A DNA stretch of 63,258 nucleotides, the filler included, from Stramenopiles sp. TOSAG23-3 (lineage: Eukaryota): assembly GCA_900128585.1 (NCBI GenBank). It is 2 parts of 2 records of this genome, joined end to end, with 100 filler letters (N's around TTAATTAATTAA, not from the genome) between each part and the next. Parts side by side here need not be neighbours in the genome. Positions count along the whole stretch, not along the records: positions 31,793 to 63,258 come from LT642222.1; 1 more part is not named here. The stretch is one strand, 5' to 3'. Made by a program: the position numbers and the translations under genes. This document shows, piece after piece, positions 43,213 through 51,997 of the stretch; the first letter of the stretch is position 1, and every line of letters begins with the position of its first letter. Under the pieces are notes generated by a model, which saw only the letters and a list, made by a program, of their open reading frames with translations, was not told where the DNA came from and ran no database searches.

Positions 43213-44766
43213 ATGTATGGGATCGCACAGGACCGGATGAATCGGGCGGGAAAGGCGCGGGAAAATTTTGTGTCGAGTCGTCACCCATCCTTGTGGGGTG
43301 GGCTATGGCTCACCTCAGTGGTAGACAAGAGCAAAGCGGTGGAAAACGACACCCCGCCGACCGTGGAAACGGTGTCGCCAATATTCCAAGGCTACGAGGT
43401 CGTTCGACGACTGGTGAAGACGGGACCGTCGTACCCTAAGACGGCGCGGGACAACTTGCTGAACAAGACCTCGAAAACGGCCTCGCCGAACCCCCGTGGG
43501 CTCTCGTCGGACGCAATAGTAAAGTTGCCGTTTGGGCGGGGAAGGCTCGTGGAAGGCCGGGTATGGGACAGCGTGTCGAAAGAGTACGTTCCGATGAAGG
43601 CCTGGGGCCCCGCCGGGCAAGAGGGGGAGAACCAAGTCTGCGACCAGTTTGTTGTGGCAATGGAATGGGGGCGGGACGGTAAGCCGGACCCGGCTGCGCC
43701 GAAGGTCGACCAGGCAGAACGGTACAAGTCAGGGCTTGCGTACGTGCATCCCCGAGACGTCATGTTCCACGTTCCGGGCCGCCTCTCGGTCGGCCGGGAA
43801 AAAAAAATCAGAAAGGCCGAGCAAATAATGAAGGAAGCGGATGCGTTGTGGGAACCAGCGTGGCAGGGCACGCCCCCCGCCGCGGACGAGGCATTCCCCC
43901 AGGCGGGCGTCGCAAATGCCGCAAAGGTGTACTTGCAGCACATATACGAAGCCCAACAGCAGTACTCTATTGCCGTCGAACAGCTGCACGGTTTGGTGAA
44001 AGGGCGAAGGTACCCGACCCTTGGAGTTATCAAATGGGGGGAGCCGTACGCGACGATGCAGAAACGGCTGCTGGCGCGGTTGTACCTGCACCTGTCCATT
44101 TGCACCAACACGCTGGGGAAGGACAACATCGAGGGCGCGGTCAACAGTGCCATTTTTTACGCCGAGCAGTCCATCGGCGCATCGACCGGCGACGACCCTG
44201 CCGTCGAAGACTACGCCAGGCTCCAGCTGGCGGTGGCAAAGGTAGAGCGGAACGACAAGGGGGACCTGAAAGCTGCAACGAGTGCGCTGCGCGAGCTGTG
44301 GAGCGCCAAAGGCAGCGTACTGTACAAAAAGTCGCGCAATGCCGTGCTGAAGAAGCTGCGGGCGATGATAAAGGGCCGAAAGGAGAGGGACAAGAAGAAC
44401 AAGGACAAGATTGGGAAGAACTTTCGAAAGGCGACCAAGGCGGGGAAGCGCTTCGGGGACGACGACCGGGGAAGCGCGAAAGAGAAGGGCGTGGGGGGGG
44501 CGGGCGCCGTGGGCCCACCACCGTTAAACGGCGTTTCGTCGATCCTCGGGATTCCCCAAACGACGACTTTGCCCACGCCCGTCGGCCCCGTGCCGACGGC
44601 GACATCCACGATATCGTCGAAAAAGAAGAAGAAGAAAAAGAAGCGAAAGAAGCAGACTGGCGAAGCGTACTCCGTCAGCAACGTGCTAGGGTACGGTGCG
44701 ATCGCCATGGGGGTCGCGATGATATGCGTTGCCCTCGTCGGTGGTGGCCGCCGAGGCGGGAAGTGA
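43213..44766 (+). CDS. Hypothetical TPR-like, tail-anchored membrane protein
   Basis: 517-aa ORF; TPR-like helices (ARLYLHLSIC, YARLQLAVA); poly-Lys followed by C-terminal hydrophobic VLGYGAIAMGVAMICVALV and a short basic tail. Confidence 0.6.
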   Translation: MYGIAQDRMNRAGKARENFVSSRHPSLWGGLWLTSVVDKSKAVENDTPPTVETVSPIFQGYEVVRRLVKTGPSYPKTARDNLLNKTSKTASPNPRGLSSDAIVKLPFGRGRLVEGRVWDSVSKEYVPMKAWGPAGQEGENQVCDQFVVAMEWGRDGKPDPAAPKVDQAERYKSGLAYVHPRDVMFHVPGRLSVGREKKIRKAEQIMKEADALWEPAWQGTPPAADEAFPQAGVANAAKVYLQHIYEAQQQYSIAVEQLHGLVKGRRYPTLGVIKWGEPYATMQKRLLARLYLHLSICTNTLGKDNIEGAVNSAIFYAEQSIGASTGDDPAVEDYARLQLAVAKVERNDKGDLKAATSALRELWSAKGSVLYKKSRNAVLKKLRAMIKGRKERDKKNKDKIGKNFRKATKAGKRFGDDDRGSAKEKGVGGAGAVGPPPLNGVSSILGIPQTTTLPTPVGPVPTATSTISSKKKKKKKKRKKQTGEAYSVSNVLGYGAIAMGVAMICVALVGGGRRGGK

Positions 44767-44961
44767 GGAAACCCCAATAATTTGTGTACGTACGTAACAA
44801 TTTTACTAAGAAGGACGATACGAGTACACACTTGCAAAAGCCCGTATGCGATGTGGTAAGCTTATGATACGTAAATGAACATTTTTAAGAACACAAATTG
44901 GCCGTTATTTAGAATTATTAAAAAATAAAATGGTGTACTTTCCGTATGAACGCGCGCCCGA

Positions 44962-45747
44962 TCAATGGCCGCAGGCTTTCAACAGCCTATCGATCAAGGT
45001 CTTCTTGTTCCCCTGGATGGGTAACCCCAGCTCTTTCAGCTTGTCCTTGATCACGGCAGGCTTCATTTTCTTGATTTCCAATTTCGACAGTTTCAAGATT
45101 GCCGCCTTCTCATCGTCGACTTCGTCCGGCTGCTCGGCCTGCAACGATTTCGCGGCCTGCTTCGCGGCCTCGTTGGCGGCTTTCGTGGCCTCCACGTCCG
45201 CCAGCTTCTTCTTTGCCGCCTCCGCACGGCGCTTCTTGACTTCCTCCAGGCGCGCCAGGTCCTTCTTAGCCTGTTTGTGCGTCCCGTCCTCGATCTTCTT
45301 CCAGTACCGCCTTTCCGCCGCCTGCTTCTCGAACTCTTCGCGCTCCCGCCGGGTCAACTTTTTCTTCTGAAAATTTCCCTTTGCCAGTTCCTTGGTCGAG
45401 ATCGGCTTCTCGCTCGACTTCTTCTTCGCGTTCGGGTTGGCGGTCTCGATCGGGGCCCACGACTGTTTCTTCTTCGCCTGCTGCCCCGCTGCCTCTTCCT
45501 GCCCTCCTTCCTGATCCATCTTCATCCTGGCCATGTCCGCGACGGCGCCCAGGAACCCCCCCTCGCCGTCGTCCGCGTTCAGCAAATCCTCGTCGTCGCA
45601 CCCTGCCTCCAACCGGCGGTTCCGTCGCGCCTCGCTCTGCGCGGCAAACTCGTCGTCTCGCATCGCCAACTCATCGGCATTCTGAATAAACCGTGGTGCC
45701 GCGTGGTTCTTCGTCTTTCCTCGTTTTTTTCCTTTGTTCTTTGGCAT
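44962..45747 (-). CDS. PDAP1: PDAP1/PP28 (28-kDa heat- and acid-stable phosphoprotein) homolog with C-terminal SAP domain
   Basis: IETANPN; LTRREREEFEKQAAERRYWK...QAKKDLARLEEVKKRRAEAAKKK; SAP-like KKMKPAVIKDKLKELGLPIQGNKKTLIDRL. Confidence 0.85.
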   Translation of the reverse strand: MPKNKGKKRGKTKNHAAPRFIQNADELAMRDDEFAAQSEARRNRRLEAGCDDEDLLNADDGEGGFLGAVADMARMKMDQEGGQEEAAGQQAKKKQSWAPIETANPNAKKKSSEKPISTKELAKGNFQKKKLTRREREEFEKQAAERRYWKKIEDGTHKQAKKDLARLEEVKKRRAEAAKKKLADVEATKAANEAAKQAAKSLQAEQPDEVDDEKAAILKLSKLEIKKMKPAVIKDKLKELGLPIQGNKKTLIDRLLKACGH

Positions 45748-46059
45748 GGTGCGTGGGTGTGTATCGGTTGTGTGTATATTGTCAATGTGTATTATTGAAA
45801 ACAAACAAATTCTTAAAGTTGTCTATATATATGTATATCACATACATACAATAATACTTTTCTAATGGTGGTAATATAGATATTAAATTCTGTTCTTTTT
45901 CGTTTTTTTTTTAAATCATCTATTGTATTTTGTGTTACGATTTCTTTCTTACATTCTTTCTTTCTTTCCATTTTTTTTTATTCTTCCTATTTTTTTGGTA
46001 TTATTAATAACTCGTACGGCAGCGGCGGTAATAATAATATAAAAAAATGTGATTGATAA

Positions 46060-46317
46060 AAAAGAAGAAGAAGAAGAAGAAGAAGAAGAAGAAGAAGAAG
46101 AAGAAAGAGAAGAAGAAGAAGAAGAAAGAGAAGAAGAAGAAGAAGAAGAAGAAGAAGAAGAAGAAGAAGAAGAAAGAAGAAGACAAACACAATAATTCAT
46201 TTTATTTTGAAGTCCTGTAGCTACGAGGATGTGTAGGTATATCATTATTTTTATAGAGAGGGAGGGACGGAAGAATATTCTTTCTTCTTCTTCTCTTCTT
46301 CTTCTTTCTTTCTTTTT

Positions 46318-46380
<63 letters not shown>

Positions 46381-46382
46381 AC

Positions 46383-46423
<41 letters not shown>

Positions 46424-46424
46424 T
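46060..46424. repeat. (GAA)n tract followed by a (TTC)/(TTTC)n tract
   Basis: Visible at about 46060-46182 and 46280-46424. Confidence 0.95.
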
Positions 46425-47248
46425 TCCCAACCAATGGAGATATCATTTCTCCTCCAGTTATCCTATCCCATAAGAACAACAAAGAGAGTGTGATAATACT
46501 TACCTTAATTATCGTAGCATCACTCTCTCTACGGTTACCTGTACCGTCCTTTCAAGACAAAGATAAAATATAAAGTAAATGCTCGATAAATAAGATTGAG
46601 ATGGGATGGAAGAATTCATATACTCTATCAATATTTAAATACAATATTTTCCTATATATATTACATTATTAATTAATTCGAAGTATTTTATTATATAGAA
46701 AACACGCACAAATTAATATTGAATTAATTCAATAAGATACATTATATTATAATATTAATAGTAATAATTATATTATTACTATTATAATATAATGTTTTAT
46801 ACAGTATTGAATATTGAATTTAAATTGTAAACTACTATACTAATTTTAATTGTTGGATAATAATATCTTTTTTTTCTTTCTTTCTTGCTTCTTCTTCATC
46901 ATCATCATATCATCATATATTAATAATAATGTCAATAGTACATATAACAACATAAGAAGAGCTAATAATAAAATAATAATAAAAAATACCTTTCTTCCTC
47001 CTCTTCTTCCTCCTTCCGATATTGATTGATTTGATTCAAGTTAAGTCAAGTGCGGGGGCTGGCGACGTACACGATTTGAAAATGTATTAAGCGCAACTGA
47101 ATTAAGGAAGTGTGCTCCGGTCAAGTTGTTACTTTCTAGCTACCGGCGAATCGACCGTATTCTAACAATCGAGGGAGTGCATATTTCGTTGTGTGCAGCC
47201 CGTAGATTCTCTTCACAGGCTTTCAACATTGCTTCTAAAAAAAAGGCT

Positions 47249-48031
47249 ATGGACCCGCGCCCACTGATTGCGGCGTCCGGCCCGGTCGGCGGCCAAGACC
47301 CATTTTACGCGTTCAAAGGGGAATTAGACGATAGGCTGAACCAAGCGTCCGGGAAGTTTCAAAAATGGAAGCAGTTGCTGGAGACGACGAACACGGCGAC
47401 GAGCCGGGAGTTCAAGTCGATCAACCGGTCGCTTTGCCGGGACGTCGACGGGATAATCCGAGAGCTGAACGAGCTCGAACGTATAGCGATAAAGACCGTT
47501 GAAAAGCAACGGAACAAGTTTGCATACATTGACGACGCAGAGTTAGGAAACCGAAAAAAGTACGTGTCGGCGACGCGGTACAAAGTTAGGCAAATGAAGG
47601 AGACCATGTCGGGGCCCCAGACCAGTGGGAAGATCGAGCAGGACAAGCGGCTCATCTTGCTCGGGCGGGACAAGAAGCCCAGGGGAGAGGCCCAGGTCAA
47701 CCCGTACCAAAGCGGGAACAAGGACTTTCTCCAACGGCAGTCGGAGGACACCAAGCGGGTCTTCCAAGAGCAGGACCAGGTGTTAGACGTGCTTGAGGGG
47801 GGGGTGGGAAATTTGAACAACATGGCGATTGACATCGGGAAGGAATTGGACGAGCAAAATCGGCTGCTGAACGAGTTCGGCGAAGACGTCGACGAGTTCA
47901 ACACGCGCTTTGGCGCGCTAGGGATAGGAATGCAGAAGCTATTGAAAACCAACAACAACTGCTACTTGGCAATGATATGTTTCTTGTCCATTACCTTTGG
48001 AATCATGCTCTTTGTCTACGTTCAAGGGTGA
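47249..48031 (+). CDS. STX6: Syntaxin-6/Tlg1/SYP61-type Qc-SNARE
   Basis: N-terminal DPFY, ELGNRKKYV; SNARE motif QEQDQVLDVL...IGKELDEQNRLL; C-terminal transmembrane helix; start at ATG 47249. Confidence 0.88.
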   Translation: MDPRPLIAASGPVGGQDPFYAFKGELDDRLNQASGKFQKWKQLLETTNTATSREFKSINRSLCRDVDGIIRELNELERIAIKTVEKQRNKFAYIDDAELGNRKKYVSATRYKVRQMKETMSGPQTSGKIEQDKRLILLGRDKKPRGEAQVNPYQSGNKDFLQRQSEDTKRVFQEQDQVLDVLEGGVGNLNNMAIDIGKELDEQNRLLNEFGEDVDEFNTRFGALGIGMQKLLKTNNNCYLAMICFLSITFGIMLFVYVQG

Positions 48032-48265
48032 TTCGATTAGAGTGAGGTGTAGTATAATCGGTTTTGTTTTTTTTTAATCGGTTTAATAAATAATAAAAAC
48101 GAATGGAGTCTTAAAGCATAACATAACATACTAAGAAATACGTTAGATAATTTGTTTTTATAAAAACGAATGGTTACAACAAGTAAAAAGTGTAATTTAT
48201 GTAATGCCCCAGTGTCACGGTGGTTTAGTTTTCGATAAGGCCAGTGTATGCTTGGGCTACTTTGC

Positions 48266-51200
48266 CTATGCTGGGCTCAAGGTCCGCCTGTCCACTATCG
48301 TTTCGTTCCCGGTCTGGCCACGGGTGTCCATCCTCAAGTAGTCTCCAACCGACCATGCCTTGGCAAGGTCGTCGTAGTGAGGGGAAAAGAGGTCCCCGCT
48401 CTGCCCCAAGGGGCCGAGGAAGCGGGAGTTGGACGTTTTGCTCTCCTTGTACAGCTCGTCCACCTGGATGATCTGGCGATAGGAGGGCCCTTCGAGTTGA
48501 ACCATGTCCGCGTCGTCGTCGTCGATGTGGCCAACGTTGACCGTGCTGCTGTCCCCCCCATGCCCTACAAAGATATCGGCAATGCACTTGGCCGCGCTGT
48601 TGTGCAGAATTTGGTGCGTGAAACGAGCCATGTGAAGGTCGACCCCCCATCGTGCCCCGGCAGTCTTCGCCTGGAAGTCGGTCACCTTGTTTAGCTTCAA
48701 GGCTGCGTACGCAAGGCATGCACTTCTTGCTTTCGACAGCCCCTTCAGGACAGTCCACTTTTGTTTAAGCACCGCAAGGGCCCCGGCACAGGCCGCGTCT
48801 CCACCCGCCATGAAGGTCTTCCTGAGGTAGTTCGCGGAAAAGAACGCCCCACGGCCTATTTCGTGGTCCGTCACCTTCGCCAACTCTATCATAAACTTTG
48901 CAAATTTGGTGGCCACAATACTTCCGACGTCCATGTTCCCGTTGAAGTAGGCCGGGTCATGGTTCGGCTGCATCAGGCGGGCCTGTTCGATGGCATCGCT
49001 CGTTAGGTCCAGCTCCGTGTGGTACTTCATCAATTCGGGCAGCAACCCGTGGAAATCATCGTACCACCCAGAGTGGTAATCCAGCTGAATGTTTCGCATG
49101 TCCTCTGTGTTCAGCAACGGCTTCGCTTTGCCCGCCTCGCCCAGTTTGTGCCCCAGAATCATCTCGGTGATCCGCTTCGACCTGTACCCTTGCATCGACG
49201 CGTCCCAGTCGTGGCTGAGAAGGTATCCGCCCTTCTCGAAACCGACAGGGCAGACCTGGTTGTTTGCCGACGCCACAAACCCTCGGGGCGGGTTGTACGT
49301 GCGTGGCATGTCGTCGAAGGGCATGAACTGGTACGGGGCAGCACCGTCGGGGCTCGGGACCCAGCGGTACTTCCCACTTGCTGGAACGGGCATTTTCCCC
49401 GTGTGCCCTTCGGCTCGCTTCGGGACCTTTCCAGGCATCTGGTACCCAAAGTTTCCCTCTCTATCAGCAAATACGAAGTTTTGCGCCGGGGCGACATAAC
49501 CTTCCAACGCCTCGCGAAACTCGGTGTAGTTTTTGGCCAGGTTGATCCGATCGAACGCAGCAAAGGTTGTGTCTACGATGGAAGGGTCTGTGGCGACCCA
49601 CTGCATTGCAATTGGGAATTTGTAGGCCGTCTTCGTGCTGTGCAGTGGCCCAAGAACCCCATTGTCAGAAATGACCGGGCCCACCTTTGTCCAACGGACG
49701 TCGATCGTGACCGGGTTGCCGCCCTTCACTTTGAAAGTTTCTTTGCTGGTGTCGTAATTGACCCATTCACCGCCCAAGTTGTACTGCGTCTTGTCGTCAG
49801 ACTCCTTGTCAATGATATACAAGTCTTGAACGTCTACGGCGGTGTTGGTAACCCCCCACGCAATGTAAGAGTTCCTTCCGATGACGATGCCTGGAAGCCC
49901 GACAAAGCTAGCACCCCAAAGGGACTGACCAACGTCTTCTATTTCAAGGTGCGTCGTGATCCAAACGCTGGGGGCCGTCAGGGCCAAGTGCGGATCGTTG
50001 CACAGCATTGCCGACCCGGTCTTGCTCCGCTTCGGACCAACGACCCAGTTGTTCGACGCCCCCTTTGTGGAAAAGAGCTGGCCGAATTCCCCGTGGTTCA
50101 GGAACAGGTGGCGCGGTGGCTCCTGGTTCGAAACGTCGCCGTGCTTGCTCCGGTGCGCCGTGGCGTCCGCCTGAAGCCCTTTGTAGAAAGCGTCCAGTGC
50201 AGGGTTTCGCTTCACCGAGACAGCATCGATCTTGTTCGTCCCCGGTCCCCCGTCTGCACTCTTCGTGATATCGTCCATGGTGAGGACAGTCGGAAAGTGG
50301 GAAGTGTTGAACGGGGGAACGAGCTCCTCAATTCTATCCAGCGATGCGCCGCTGAGAAGTATGTTCAGCCGAGCGAGCTCAAACTTCAGGTTTCCACTCA
50401 AGTCCAGCGCCATCAGCTTTGACCAAACAAGGGAGTCCGCCGCAGTCCACGGCTCCATCTCTTTGTAACCCAAAAGCTGCATCTCCAATGGCAGCGTCGG
50501 CTTGCTGTCCAAGTATGCATTGACGCCTGCGACGTAGCTATCAATGCTGGAGACAGAGTCCGCGTTCATATGCTGAAGGCTTCGTTTGGCACCTTCGTAG
50601 ACCCCCAAAGTTCGCATCAGCTTGTCCGTCGCGAGCGCTTTGTCCCCCACAAACTCGGCCAACCGGCCTTGCCCTACACGACGCTGGAACTCCATTTGCC
50701 ACAGCCGAAGCTCTGCCGTCATAAGCCCCTGCGTGAACAGGGCGTCGTGGCGCGTTTTTGCAGTAATGTGCAGCATCCCTTTCTTGCTAACCTCCACGGT
50801 GGTGTCGGCGCGTAAGCCCTTCGCCTTCAACGGTGCCCGTCTGCCGCCGCTAAAGTAAACGTAGGAAATAGTCAACATGATAAGCGCGACGAGCGTCAAA
50901 ACCCCGAACCCCATGATGATAAGCCGTACGCAGCCCCTTGGGGTACATACCGAATATTTCTCGGCGTTCGATGCCGGCTGAAGGATTGGAAACAACGGTT
51001 GGTTTATCTCCTTGTTGGAACCCGACGTCGCGCCGAGCCGCCGTAGTGGATTGTTCACCAACTCGCCCTCCTCGTCCTCTTCCTCTGTCGGACCGCGCCA
51101 CCACCATATTCCCGTAAAGACTATTGCCCCAAATATTATTGCCCCCATTACGGCGAACGCAATCATTAACGGCGCACACCGTGCAATCCAATTGTGCAAA

Positions 51201-51307
51201 TGCGCGACCAAAAATGCAAAAGATACCACAGACAACACCGTGCACGAGAATGTCCAATAGAACCGTGAATATTCCCCACAACTGCAACAACCACATTTTT
51301 TCCCCAT
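48266..51307 (-). CDS. Penicillin acylase / AHL-acylase family (peptidase S45, Ntn hydrolase) with N-terminal transmembrane segments
   Basis: Alpha part GMLHITA...RLWQMEFQRRVGQGRLAE; beta-chain start GA|SNNWVV (Ser at 50054-50056), NDPHL, GLPGIVIGRN, AWGVTN, DVQDLY, QNFVFADREGN, NPPRGFVASANN, GQSG. Confidence 0.92.
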   Translation of the reverse strand: MGKKCGCCSCGEYSRFYWTFSCTVLSVVSFAFLVAHLHNWIARCAPLMIAFAVMGAIIFGAIVFTGIWWWRGPTEEEDEEGELVNNPLRRLGATSGSNKEINQPLFPILQPASNAEKYSVCTPRGCVRLIIMGFGVLTLVALIMLTISYVYFSGGRRAPLKAKGLRADTTVEVSKKGMLHITAKTRHDALFTQGLMTAELRLWQMEFQRRVGQGRLAEFVGDKALATDKLMRTLGVYEGAKRSLQHMNADSVSSIDSYVAGVNAYLDSKPTLPLEMQLLGYKEMEPWTAADSLVWSKLMALDLSGNLKFELARLNILLSGASLDRIEELVPPFNTSHFPTVLTMDDITKSADGGPGTNKIDAVSVKRNPALDAFYKGLQADATAHRSKHGDVSNQEPPRHLFLNHGEFGQLFSTKGASNNWVVGPKRSKTGSAMLCNDPHLALTAPSVWITTHLEIEDVGQSLWGASFVGLPGIVIGRNSYIAWGVTNTAVDVQDLYIIDKESDDKTQYNLGGEWVNYDTSKETFKVKGGNPVTIDVRWTKVGPVISDNGVLGPLHSTKTAYKFPIAMQWVATDPSIVDTTFAAFDRINLAKNYTEFREALEGYVAPAQNFVFADREGNFGYQMPGKVPKRAEGHTGKMPVPASGKYRWVPSPDGAAPYQFMPFDDMPRTYNPPRGFVASANNQVCPVGFEKGGYLLSHDWDASMQGYRSKRITEMILGHKLGEAGKAKPLLNTEDMRNIQLDYHSGWYDDFHGLLPELMKYHTELDLTSDAIEQARLMQPNHDPAYFNGNMDVGSIVATKFAKFMIELAKVTDHEIGRGAFFSANYLRKTFMAGGDAACAGALAVLKQKWTVLKGLSKARSACLAYAALKLNKVTDFQAKTAGARWGVDLHMARFTHQILHNSAAKCIADIFVGHGGDSSTVNVGHIDDDDADMVQLEGPSYRQIIQVDELYKESKTSNSRFLGPLGQSGDLFSPHYDDLAKAWSVGDYLRMDTRGQTGNETIVDRRTLSPA

Positions 51308-51997
51308 AGTAAAGAGACGAAGACGTGGAAACTATTTTCTATGAAAAATATTTTCTGCGTGTTTGTTTAGATTTAAAAAACTGAGAACAGGGATATAATT
51401 CTTTACATCTTTTCATTTCAATTTCATTTGCACATTTATGTTTAATACAAAAAAAGCTATAACAACAAAATTCCGGAGGAGGACCTCAAACAAAAAAAAA
51501 AGAAGAAGACGACGATGATGAATCGATCCAGAATCCAGAATCCTCCAGAAGATGATCCAGATTTTATTATTTATTGTTTGGGGAGGAGGACTGATGACCG
51601 CGACTCTCTCCTTGGGATCCATTCTTCCGTACCTGTACCGGTAGTACGGTACGGAACCGATCTCTCTTTTATTGCTGTATTAGGTATAATGTAATAGGAG
51701 GATGGTGAAGGGCATAGAAGGGACAAGGGGAAGGGGGAAGGGGGAGGACGCAAAAAAAAAGTACAACTCATTCTTCGGTTGAGAAGAAGAAGAAGTGGTT
51801 TTGTTGAGTTGTGAGTGAGTGTTTTGCTGTGGTTTATAAATTTTATTTCGTTCTTCTACGAACACAAATGATTCATCTTTTTCATTTCTTAAAATTTAAC
51901 ATCATATACATGTACTCCTTGGAAAAAATTAGAGTAAGTTAGAAAAGCGAAATATATATAGTTGAGTTGGATAAAGATACGTCGTCACTCACACATC

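Noticed and set aside
45949..46573. ORFs of poly-S/F/L/K in the spacers (also 37806-38341, 56110-56482, 4306-4787)
   Set aside because: These are translations of microsatellites and AT-rich low-complexity DNA.
48266..51307. Acylase as bacterial contamination
   Set aside because: It is contiguous, with no gap, with syntaxin and RNF10 genes and host-type AT-rich spacers, and it shows no operon context.
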